A stretch of 13,134 nt of DNA from a virus: the IMG/VR virus record IMGVR_UViG_3300045988_132438, positions 1-13,134 of that record, one strand, 5' to 3'. How positions within the stretch are numbered: the stretch's first letter is position 1; the number at the start of each line of letters is the position of its first letter. Made by a program: the position numbers and the translations under genes. The notes beneath the pieces are model-generated. The model worked only from the letters and a program-made list of their open reading frames with translations. It was not told where the DNA came from and did no database searches. Below, piece by piece: positions 5,663 to 13,029 of the stretch.

Positions 5663-6859
5663 ATGGCAAACAGTTTAGTAGTCCAGGATGCCTATTTAAT
5701 CATCAATGATTTATACAAAATGGCTACCGGACGCGAAAATATCAAAGCAGTAGACACAAGTTCCTTTGTGTCGGTTGGTGAAACTATGTTGCGGACAGGT
5801 GTAGAGCCAACACTGAAAGCACTCAGTCAGTGGTGCGGAAGAACATACTTTGAAATGGAAAAATACAGATCCGGTGTATTCCGCTCAATCATTGAGAATA
5901 ACGAACGCTGGGGGGCTATCACACGTGAGATTATTTCACTTCCGTTGGATGCAGAGGCTTCGCAGGATTGGAATACAGACTTGAATGAAAATCAGCTTGC
6001 TGATGGTCAGTCGGTCGACATGTACAAGATCAATGCCCCGAAAGTAGTGGAGTTGAAATTCTACGGTAGCAAAGTCTTACAGTCTCATATCACACGATTC
6101 CGTGATCAGCTGGCATTAGCTTTTTCTAATGAAACTGAGTTTCTTATGTTTGTAAGTAGCTATATGACCGCTTACTATAATGATATTGAATCCAGAAATG
6201 AAGCAAAGCGCAGACTGACAGTGCTCAACTTCATGGCAGGCATTTCCTATCTTGGAACAAATGAAGTAGATCTTGTAAAAGAGTACAATACAGCCTATGG
6301 AACAAAACTGACAAGAAAGCAGCTTTTAAGCCCGGAGTACCACAGAGATTTCATGGCTTTTGTGGTTGCAAGAATCAAAAAAGATTCCAAAAAGATGCAG
6401 GATCGCACGACAAAGTATCACATGAATCTGACTGGAAAAGATATCCTGCGCTTTACACGTCCGGAGAACCAGAAACTGCTTATGTATACCGATTTCTGGA
6501 TTGATTCCGAAACACAGGTATTTCCGACAGTCTTTAGTGATGAACAGTTAAAGATTGCCGACAAAGAACTTGTAAACGGCTGGCAGGAGTTTGACAGCCC
6601 AGCCATCAACATTAAACCTAACATCATTGATGCGACCGGTGTTTCCAAAACAGCTACGACAGCGGTAAATCTACCATATGTACTTGGTATTTTATATGAT
6701 CGTAGAGCAATGGGAGTGAACAATCAGTGGATGTACTCAGCAGCTACCCCATTCAACGCAGCAGGTGGCTATTACAATATCTTTGATCACTACCGGTTCA
6801 ACGCTTGGAATAATTTCACACACAACGCAGTCCTTTACGTACTGGGGGAGGGGGCATAA
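5663..6859 (+). CDS. Major capsid protein, phi29 gp8-like, 398 aa
   Basis: RBS AAGGAGGG. The C-terminal region ILYDRRAMGVNNQWMYSAATPFNAAGGYYNIFDHYRFNAWNNFTHNAVLYVLGEG aligns by eye with phi29 gp8 [54 protein letters not shown]. It ends there, with no C-terminal Ig-like domain. Confidence 0.85.
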   Translation: MANSLVVQDAYLIINDLYKMATGRENIKAVDTSSFVSVGETMLRTGVEPTLKALSQWCGRTYFEMEKYRSGVFRSIIENNERWGAITREIISLPLDAEASQDWNTDLNENQLADGQSVDMYKINAPKVVELKFYGSKVLQSHITRFRDQLALAFSNETEFLMFVSSYMTAYYNDIESRNEAKRRLTVLNFMAGISYLGTNEVDLVKEYNTAYGTKLTRKQLLSPEYHRDFMAFVVARIKKDSKKMQDRTTKYHMNLTGKDILRFTRPENQKLLMYTDFWIDSETQVFPTVFSDEQLKIADKELVNGWQEFDSPAINIKPNIIDATGVSKTATTAVNLPYVLGILYDRRAMGVNNQWMYSAATPFNAAGGYYNIFDHYRFNAWNNFTHNAVLYVLGEGA

Positions 6860-6860
6860 T

Positions 6861-7181
6861 ATGTTAGCAGCATCTTTACAAGTTCCTAGTGGGGGAAGTA
6901 TCGTTGCAAAATTACCTTTTAGAAAAGTCGGATTAAGAAGAATAGTTATTAGTGCCCCTAGTGACAGTGTGAATCTTACTTATGATGGCATCAATTTAGT
7001 AAAATTCAGCAAATACAACGGTTTTATTGATTTAAAATTCGAAAGTTATTTTGGTTTTCCGGATGCTAGCAATTTTGCCTTTGTAAACTACGACACTACT
7101 AATGCCAATGTTGTTGTTCTTGCTGACTGTGTTCCAGAATCACCTATAAACAATGATTATTTTGAGGTACAAACATCATGA
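6861..7181 (+). CDS. Hypothetical protein, 106 aa, probable virion component (occupies the phi29 gp8.5 position)
   Basis: ATG 6861 lies 7 nt after GGAGGGGG and 1 nt after the capsid stop. The track's longer N-terminus (from 6765) overlaps the capsid gene. The composition looks beta-rich and I recognised no motif. Confidence 0.6.
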   Translation: MLAASLQVPSGGSIVAKLPFRKVGLRRIVISAPSDSVNLTYDGINLVKFSKYNGFIDLKFESYFGFPDASNFAFVNYDTTNANVVVLADCVPESPINNDYFEVQTS

Positions 7182-7402
7182 CAGACACAATTTTGACAGT
7201 TTTAGGAAACTATGCTTTTCCGATCGTTTGCTGTATTGGCATGGCTTACTTTGTAAAATACATGTACGACCAGACCAATGCACGAGTTGACAAACTAAAC
7301 GAAGATCACAAGAATGAAGTTGATACGCTTTCTGAGGTGATCAAAAACAATACGATTGCCTTAGAAAAGATGAACGCATTAATCGAACAAATTGGAAAGT
7401 AG
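7178..7402 (+). CDS. Holin candidate, 74 aa, single N-terminal TM segment plus a charged helical tail
   Basis: ATGA overlap with the upstream stop. The hydrophobic stretch ILTVLGNYAFPIVCCIGMAYFV is followed by KYMYDQTNARVDKLNEDHKNEVDTL. This topology resembles the BhlA/UviB or YvrJ-type small holin-like proteins. It lies directly upstream of the endolysin. Confidence 0.55.
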   Translation: MTDTILTVLGNYAFPIVCCIGMAYFVKYMYDQTNARVDKLNEDHKNEVDTLSEVIKNNTIALEKMNALIEQIGK

Positions 7403-7409
7403 GTGCTAT

Positions 7410-8066
7410 ATGACAGCAAATGAACTTGTAGCATATGCTACTAATTTAATTGGCACTCCTTATGTCTGGGGTGGTAACACTCCTGCACAGGGACTTGACT
7501 GTTCCGGATTGCTTTACTATATCCAGAAGAAAGCAGGATCAGACGTGAGAGATATGACTGCTTCCGGATATTCCGAGTTTGGAAAAAAGATTGAAATTGG
7601 GCAGAAAAAACCGGGTGATTTTCTCTTTTTTGGTAGACCGGTCACTCATTGTGCTATTTATGTTGGAAACGGGTATATGATCGAAAGCCGAGGAGGACGA
7701 AAAAACACTGCTGAAAATCCAGGTATGGGAGTTGTAAAAAGCCCTGTAAGTCGTAGATCTGACTTATCTTGTATTCGCAGGGTATGGACAGAATACAATG
7801 AAGCACTAACCTATTCGATTGGAAAAACTTATACTACCAGAGTTGACCATTTACATGTTCGTTTTTCTGTCTGGGGACAAATCAAAGGATATGAACAGCT
7901 GACAGCTGACGGAATGAAACATGCTTATTCTGATGGATGCTTGAAAAAGGGAACCACAGTCACGGTAAAGGATGTCAAAAAGGATGCTGCCGGAGCAACG
8001 TGGGTAAGGATTCCATCCGGTTGGGTTTGCGCAATCACAGCAAAAGGAGATATCTATTTATCATGA
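7410..8066 (+). CDS. Endolysin: NlpC/P60 (C40) cell-wall peptidase with a C-terminal SH3b-like binding domain, 218 aa
   Basis: GTPYVWGGNTPAQGLDCSGLLYY carries the catalytic Cys31, and GDFLFFGRPVTHCAIYVGNGYMIES carries His80; together these are the NlpC/P60 signature. The C-terminal part (...GTTVTVKDVKKDAAGATWVRIPSGWVCAITAKGDIYL) looks SH3b-like. ATG 7410 is preferred over the track's TTG 7392. Confidence 0.85.
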   Translation: MTANELVAYATNLIGTPYVWGGNTPAQGLDCSGLLYYIQKKAGSDVRDMTASGYSEFGKKIEIGQKKPGDFLFFGRPVTHCAIYVGNGYMIESRGGRKNTAENPGMGVVKSPVSRRSDLSCIRRVWTEYNEALTYSIGKTYTTRVDHLHVRFSVWGQIKGYEQLTADGMKHAYSDGCLKKGTTVTVKDVKKDAAGATWVRIPSGWVCAITAKGDIYLS

Positions 8067-9406
8067 CGGAAATCATCTTATATCATTTTTCCAAAAGAAA
8101 AAACAGCACCAAAAGACCAACGGGACAGGGCACTACTGTGCCCTGTCTTTTAAAATCGAACACCACTTTTCAGAATCCAGTGTTTAAATTAAAATTATCA
8201 TTAGATAATGCATTGCAATACAACTATTTACAATGGGCTGACCATTACTATTTTATCAATTCGACGATGTCATTAAATAATGACATGGTTGAGATCTCAG
8301 CGAGTGAGGATGTGTTAGCTACCTACCGGACAGAGATCAGCAACTATACATGCTTTATTGAGCGTTCTGCTAAGCAGAATACGCTTGCAAATGATTCCAT
8401 GTATATCCCTACAAATGACTGGGTAAGTCAATCTACGATAGTTGGACAGCCAATAAATACGTTTGTGAATGGGTATGCACCAAACTATTTACTGCGCACT
8501 GTATCAGTTGAGGGAGTAAACACCTATTATATAAGAGGTAAGCAATTAAAAGAGTTATGCAACTTTATGTACACATATGGATCTATTCCAGATGTAATGG
8601 AAACAGCATTGACGCGTTTACTTTTTAATCCGTTTCAGTATATTCTTGATTTAAAATGGTTACCTTTTATGGTTGAAAAATTTGTAAATGCATTAGATAC
8701 TGTAAAGCTTGGCTACTGGGATAGCAACAAAAATGCCTATCTGATAGATGATGCATCTTGTACTTTTTCATATGATTTAAGCCTTGGGAATCCCTTATAT
8801 GCTGATACAGATTTCAGATTTTACAATCCTGCTTTTTCAAAGTATACTGTAAAGCTTCCATTTGTGGGGATTATTCCTATCAATCCAGCAAAGACCCATA
8901 AGGGGCAGTTAAAAGCTACTTATAACTTTGATGCTGTCTCCGGCATGGCAGACGTTTGGGTAACTTCCGGATCTGATGAATATGCACATTTTCAATGTCA
9001 GCTTGCCGTTCCGGTTCAAATTGGATATGCTACGGCAAACATTGGTCAGCTTACTACCAGCTTGATAGACGTAGGAACAAGCCTTGCTTCCGGTAACCCA
9101 ATAGGGGCTATCACAAATACGTTGGGGGCATTCCAGAGCGTAACCTCTCCGGAGCCTAACATGGTCGGAACTATTGGAAATATCAGTTCCATTTTGAACA
9201 ACATGGAAGCAAACAGCATCTGCTATGCCTGCACAAGCATAGGTCCAGATGGAGCAAGTGAGGGTTTTGTAGATGGCACTGTACGCTCTATATCTGGACT
9301 GACAGGCTTTGTAAAGTGTAGGAATGCATCTATACAGATTGCAGGATTTGAGGGGGATCAAGAGCAGGTGAATGAGTACTTAAACAACGGATTTTACTTT
9401 GAATAG
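8063..9406 (+). CDS. Tail knob / distal tail tube protein, phi29 gp9-like, 447 aa
   Basis: ATGA overlap with the endolysin stop. The N-terminal YNYLQWADHYYFINSTMSLNNDMVEISASEDVLATY resembles gp9 [41 protein letters not shown]. A Gly/Ala/Ser/Thr-rich hydrophobic loop (GQLTTSLIDVGTSLASGNPIGAITNTLGAFQS) sits at the position of the gp9 membrane-active loop. The C-terminal FVKCRNASIQIAGFEGDQEQVNEYLNNGFYFE resembles gp9 [32 protein letters not shown]. Confidence 0.7.
   Translation: MTEIILYHFSKRKNSTKRPTGQGTTVPCLLKSNTTFQNPVFKLKLSLDNALQYNYLQWADHYYFINSTMSLNNDMVEISASEDVLATYRTEISNYTCFIERSAKQNTLANDSMYIPTNDWVSQSTIVGQPINTFVNGYAPNYLLRTVSVEGVNTYYIRGKQLKELCNFMYTYGSIPDVMETALTRLLFNPFQYILDLKWLPFMVEKFVNALDTVKLGYWDSNKNAYLIDDASCTFSYDLSLGNPLYADTDFRFYNPAFSKYTVKLPFVGIIPINPAKTHKGQLKATYNFDAVSGMADVWVTSGSDEYAHFQCQLAVPVQIGYATANIGQLTTSLIDVGTSLASGNPIGAITNTLGAFQSVTSPEPNMVGTIGNISSILNNMEANSICYACTSIGPDGASEGFVDGTVRSISGLTGFVKCRNASIQIAGFEGDQEQVNEYLNNGFYFE
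8124..8151 (+). terminator. Terminator-like stem-loop inside the tail-knob CDS (possible attenuator)
   Basis: GACAGGGCAC (8124-8133), loop TACT, GTGCCCTGTC (8138-8147). This is a perfect 10-bp stem with 7 G:C pairs, followed by TTTT (8148-8151). It lies 61 nt into the gene. Confidence 0.4.
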
Positions 9407-9421
9407 AAAGAGGTGATAAAC

Positions 9422-10342
9422 ATGTGGACGCCGGTTAATTTTGACAAGATTAATATTTGCACAAATTACTTCCAACCGTCCGGAATTAAAGTCGACAGCT
9501 TATATACTGATACGTTTGATCGTATGCTTTATGAGCGTGTTTGTTCAATTTTAGACATTAGCTATAATGGAACTATTGACATTGATTACTTTAAATATTG
9601 TTTGCTTTTCGGTGGCTATATTTGCATAACAAAGACAGATCTTTATGGTCTGATTGCACAATACCCAATTTTGACAGGCTACAATATTTATTTCAAACCA
9701 ACCACAGCTACTATACACACGTATTCAAGCAATGCAGAGATTGACATGGAGGACATGGAGATCGGAAAAGACTGTTCTGTCATCTATCTCAGACCAACTT
9801 TCTGCGGCATTGGGGATATCATCGGTTTTTACAGCTATAAGCTGGCACTGGTAGCAAGTGCGTTTGATATGAATGTATTTAATTCAAAACTTGCTTTTCT
9901 GATAGCCGCTAAAAATAAAGCCGCGGCTCAGACCTTGAAAAAAATCTATGACAGTATTCAATCCGGTAATCCGGTTGAGGCTTTTGATGTATCAATAAAA
10001 AGCGAGGACAGACAAGGAGCCAAACAGGATGCTTGGGAGAGTTTCAACAAAGACTTGAAGCAGAACTTCATTGCACCGGAGTTGATTGAGGTATTTGAGA
10101 AACTTCTTGATCAGTTTGATACAGAGGTTGGTATTCCATCTGTCGGGTCTGATAAAAAAGAACGACTGAATGTGCTTGAAACAAGCAAAAATGATGCAGA
10201 ATCAGTAACACGGCTCACTACTTGGCTTGAGACTATAAAAGCAGGAGTTGACATGACAAACAGATTATATCCAGAAATGAACTTGTCAATCAAGATCAGA
10301 AGCTATGAAACTGCGGGGGTGAAAACTTATGGGTCTTTATAA
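9422..10342 (+). CDS. Portal / upper collar connector protein, phi29 gp10-like, 306 aa
   Basis: RBS AAAGAGGTG lies before ATG 9422. The track start at 9413 is the GTG inside that RBS. FDTEVGIPSVGSDKKERLNVLETSKNDAES parallels gp10 [29 protein letters not shown]. The central region AAKNKAAAQTLKKIYDSIQSGNPVEAF parallels [24 protein letters not shown]. The size matches gp10 (309 aa). Confidence 0.85.
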   Translation: MWTPVNFDKINICTNYFQPSGIKVDSLYTDTFDRMLYERVCSILDISYNGTIDIDYFKYCLLFGGYICITKTDLYGLIAQYPILTGYNIYFKPTTATIHTYSSNAEIDMEDMEIGKDCSVIYLRPTFCGIGDIIGFYSYKLALVASAFDMNVFNSKLAFLIAAKNKAAAQTLKKIYDSIQSGNPVEAFDVSIKSEDRQGAKQDAWESFNKDLKQNFIAPELIEVFEKLLDQFDTEVGIPSVGSDKKERLNVLETSKNDAESVTRLTTWLETIKAGVDMTNRLYPEMNLSIKIRSYETAGVKTYGSL

Positions 10343-11018
10343 GATTACGATAGCAGGTCTTTATGAATGGAACAACACTCTCTTTGACAAGATGGAATTC
10401 CCAGAATCAGCTGATCGGCAAAACTTTATTGATAGCTTGCTTTTGTCCTATGGGGATTGTGAGCCATTATACCCGGACTGGAATTTTATGTATGAGAGTG
10501 CTATTCCTGCATGGAGCAGGAAATGGAAAAATAGCATTGACAAGGTTTATAATGTGTTAGAATTAACTAATTATGAACCAATTGAAAACTATGATCGTCA
10601 TGAAGAATGGACAGATAGCCCGGATATGACACGAACAAATCAGAGTTCCGGCCAAGATGTAAATAGAGCAGAAGCAGGACAGGGAACCACTACTACTAAC
10701 TCTGGGGCAGATACAACTACCAATGAAGTCAGTGCTTTTAATGATGCAAATTACAGCCCAAACGAAAAAACAACGACGGAATACGGAGGAAGCACAAAGG
10801 TACAAAGTTCCGGAGAAAACAAAAACACGTTTGAATACGGAAAAGGAGAAACAAGCAGAGAAACAGGACAGAATAAGCATTCCGGACATATTCATGGCAA
10901 TATTGGAGTGACTACGTCTCAGCAAATGATCCAGTCAGAACTTGAGTTACGGAAACAAAGCTTTATTGATTATTGCACCGGACTTTTTGCACAGGATTTG
11001 CTTTTATTAACTTATTAA
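10329..11018 (+). CDS. Lower collar protein, phi29 gp11-like, 229 aa
   Basis: It follows the portal gene with a 14-nt overlap, preceded by RBS GGGGGTGA. It contains an NYEPIENYDR motif, a long Ser/Thr/Gly/Asn/Glu low-complexity middle, and a C-terminal FIDYCTGLFAQDLLLLTY. This matches the architecture I recall for gp11-type lower collars. Confidence 0.65.
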   Translation: MGLYKITIAGLYEWNNTLFDKMEFPESADRQNFIDSLLLSYGDCEPLYPDWNFMYESAIPAWSRKWKNSIDKVYNVLELTNYEPIENYDRHEEWTDSPDMTRTNQSSGQDVNRAEAGQGTTTTNSGADTTTNEVSAFNDANYSPNEKTTTEYGGSTKVQSSGENKNTFEYGKGETSRETGQNKHSGHIHGNIGVTTSQQMIQSELELRKQSFIDYCTGLFAQDLLLLTY

Positions 11019-11032
11019 GGAGGGAATAAATT

Positions 11033-12289
11033 ATGATTTTCAGATATCCACACAGTGGATCGCATGATATGAATTTAGACTGGTTGCTTAAAGTTGGCAA
11101 ACAGGTAGAAAAAGATCATGAAGAATGGACGCATATAAAAGATACAGCCCAAACCATGATCGATGATGCTATTCAAAAATCACTTGATGATGGAGAGATC
11201 GGAAAAGTGGTAAATGATGCTACTACAAAACTCATCACTGAACAGATTGACCCATTAAAAGAACAGGTTGGAACAAATACAGCTGATATCACAAAGTTAC
11301 AGAAAAGAGATGGGCTTTTTGACCACTCCGGAAAAACCATCATCATCGGAGACAGCTACACGGTTGGTTATAGTCCAGATGGCAACTTGACACCTTGGAC
11401 TACAAACTTTATCAAGTACACAGGGCTTGAGGATGTTACTATTTCTGCAAATGGGGGGGCTTCATTTTCGACAGCTTCCAATTCATTCCTTATGCTTTTA
11501 AACGCTGTACCTGCTTCTGATGACGTGAAGCAAATCTTGGTAGTTGGAGGGTTTAATGAGTTCGGAACCTATTCAGAGATTGAAAATGCAATCAATGCTT
11601 TTATGGGTGTCGCTGAGGTCAGATTCCCAAATGCAAAAGTGTTTGCCGCTATGGTAGCATGGTCAGTTGACCGGACGGACGACCCAAACGTGCAAAATCG
11701 GTTAAAGATTGCAAAATCTGTTTATAACACACAGCGGAAGAATTGGCGCTATCTGGCAGGCTCAGATTATATCCTCCATGCTGACGGCTTTCTTGCATCT
11801 GACGGGTTCCATCCAAACAGTACCGGACAGGAACGGCTTGCTACCTATCTTGCTACAGCTGTAGAAACAGGAGCATGTAGCCCATCATTTTATGAAGTTA
11901 CTGCAAATTTTGAAGCAGGCGACTTTACACCTACTCCTGGGTCAAGCTGGGCTTTTGTAAGTTCATACAATGAGAATACAAGCACTTTAATCTGGGGTAA
12001 CTATGTTTGCCTACCAAACAGCGGAACACTTGTCTGTGATGGCACTGAGTACCGTTTGGGGCGCATCTATTCGACTTCCTTTATCGGAGATCATAACGGT
12101 TATACATGCTACCCAACCACTGTGATCGTTAAGTCTGGCAGTGACTTTTTTCACATTCCTGCACAGCTTAACTTCCGAGGTCGACATATCTATTTGAGTT
12201 TGTATGATATTTCTGATGACAAGCACAACTACCGGACATTAACAGAGGTTACACAGGTACAGATTCACAGAGGATCAATTACCATGTAA
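11033..12289 (+). CDS. Tail appendage / receptor-binding protein with a central SGNH (GDSL) esterase domain, 418 aa
   Basis: RBS AAGGAGGG. SGNH blocks: I IIIGDS (G106-D107-S108), II ANGG (about 139-142), III VVGGFNE (N175), V D257-G-F-H260 (SDGFHPN). The N-terminal HDMNLDWLLK plus a coiled segment is typical of collar-attached fibres. The C-terminal 140 aa or so is Cys/Tyr/Ser-rich and probably the binding domain. Confidence 0.7.
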   Translation: MIFRYPHSGSHDMNLDWLLKVGKQVEKDHEEWTHIKDTAQTMIDDAIQKSLDDGEIGKVVNDATTKLITEQIDPLKEQVGTNTADITKLQKRDGLFDHSGKTIIIGDSYTVGYSPDGNLTPWTTNFIKYTGLEDVTISANGGASFSTASNSFLMLLNAVPASDDVKQILVVGGFNEFGTYSEIENAINAFMGVAEVRFPNAKVFAAMVAWSVDRTDDPNVQNRLKIAKSVYNTQRKNWRYLAGSDYILHADGFLASDGFHPNSTGQERLATYLATAVETGACSPSFYEVTANFEAGDFTPTPGSSWAFVSSYNENTSTLIWGNYVCLPNSGTLVCDGTEYRLGRIYSTSFIGDHNGYTCYPTTVIVKSGSDFFHIPAQLNFRGRHIYLSLYDISDDKHNYRTLTEVTQVQIHRGSITM

Positions 12290-12301
12290 ATATAAAATAT
12301 G

Positions 12302-12335
12302 ATAGCCCAGTGGATGCTGGGCTATTTTTTATTTT
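12302..12335. terminator. Bidirectional rho-independent terminator between the convergent late (+) and right-early (-) operons
   Basis: ATAGCCCAG (12302-12310), loop TGGATG, CTGGGCTAT (12317-12325), then TTTTTATTTT on the plus strand. A-rich sequence upstream gives a U-rich tail on the minus strand. Confidence 0.8.
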
Positions 12336-12637
12336 GTATCTTTCAAAAGTTTTCTGAGTAACTTGATTACACCCCAGTTTGTTGAGGCACTGTAAGTTCT
12401 TACACCTTTTTGAGGGTTCATAATAAATTCCCTTTTTGATGCTTCATAATAAAGAACCCTCCAGTCTTTAAAGTCTGTCATGCTTATTTCAACAAAACCA
12501 AAATAGTAGTTAAAGTGTTGAATAATCAAAGTATCACAATCTTTGCTAAGTCTACATATGAAGCCTTGCTTTTTGAGATCAAGAGCAAGCTGTTTAAGGT
12601 TCATTGTATCTTTGTTGTAGTATGGATTCACTCTCAT
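12329..12637 (-). CDS. Hypothetical right-end early protein, 102 aa, basic
   Basis: Track ORF with the strong RBS on the minus strand (TAGGAGGTATATAAC then ATG). It is the last gene of the three-gene operon driven by the right ITR promoter. I recognised no motif. Confidence 0.7.
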   Translation of the reverse strand: MRVNPYYNKDTMNLKQLALDLKKQGFICRLSKDCDTLIIQHFNYYFGFVEISMTDFKDWRVLYYEASKREFIMNPQKGVRTYSASTNWGVIKLLRKLLKDTK

Positions 12638-12649
12638 GTTATATACCTC

Positions 12650-12838
12650 CTATAATTCAATATTAAATAAGCTGTTAAGGCAATCTTCAAAACTTGGTTC
12701 AGTATTGCAATACGCAATGATAAACTCTTCATTTGTGCATGGTGCTAACTCACGATGGATAGACTCTCTGAGATCATCATTCATATATAATGCTATATCA
12801 TTCATTTCCCCATTTGTTACTTCTTTGACTGATTTCAT
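12650..12838 (-). CDS. Hypothetical small acidic early protein, 62 aa
   Basis: Track ORF with RBS GAGGTGA and an ATGA start/stop overlap with the upstream gene. It has 13 Asp/Glu against 4 Lys/Arg. Confidence 0.7.
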   Translation of the reverse strand: MKSVKEVTNGEMNDIALYMNDDLRESIHRELAPCTNEEFIIAYCNTEPSFEDCLNSLFNIEL

Positions 12839-13029
12839 CTTTTCACCTCATATTTTAAACCTATGATTTTCATTTCACTTTCAAGAGTGCATAACTCATT
12901 CCAGAGTTCTCTTTCTATTGACTTGAAAGACTCACAGCTAGGATAACTACGAACGTCTTCATACGCTTTTCCCCATTTTCCTAATAAGCACTCATGTGCT
13001 AACTCATATAATCTTTTTTCTTTCATCAT
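12835..13029 (-). CDS. Hypothetical right-end early protein, 64 aa (MMKEKRLYELAHE...)
   Basis: The start is the ATG at ITR position 106 (plus coordinate 13029), or the next ATG, downstream of the ITR AGGAGGG. The track's longer version (start 13086) begins upstream of the predicted TSS and is unlikely. Confidence 0.65.
   Translation of the reverse strand: MMKEKRLYELAHECLLGKWGKAYEDVRSYPSCESFKSIERELWNELCTLESEMKIIGLKYEVKR

Noticed and set aside
7937-8062. N-terminal extensions given by the ORF track: 7937 for the tail knob, 6765 for the 106-aa protein, 4122 for the ATPase, 5269 for the scaffold, 9413 for the portal, 7392 for the endolysin and 13086 for the right-end ORF.
   Set aside because: Each extension overlaps the upstream gene or a promoter or structured RNA and has no RBS. 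An internal ATG with a proper SD, or a stop/start overlap, fits better in every case.
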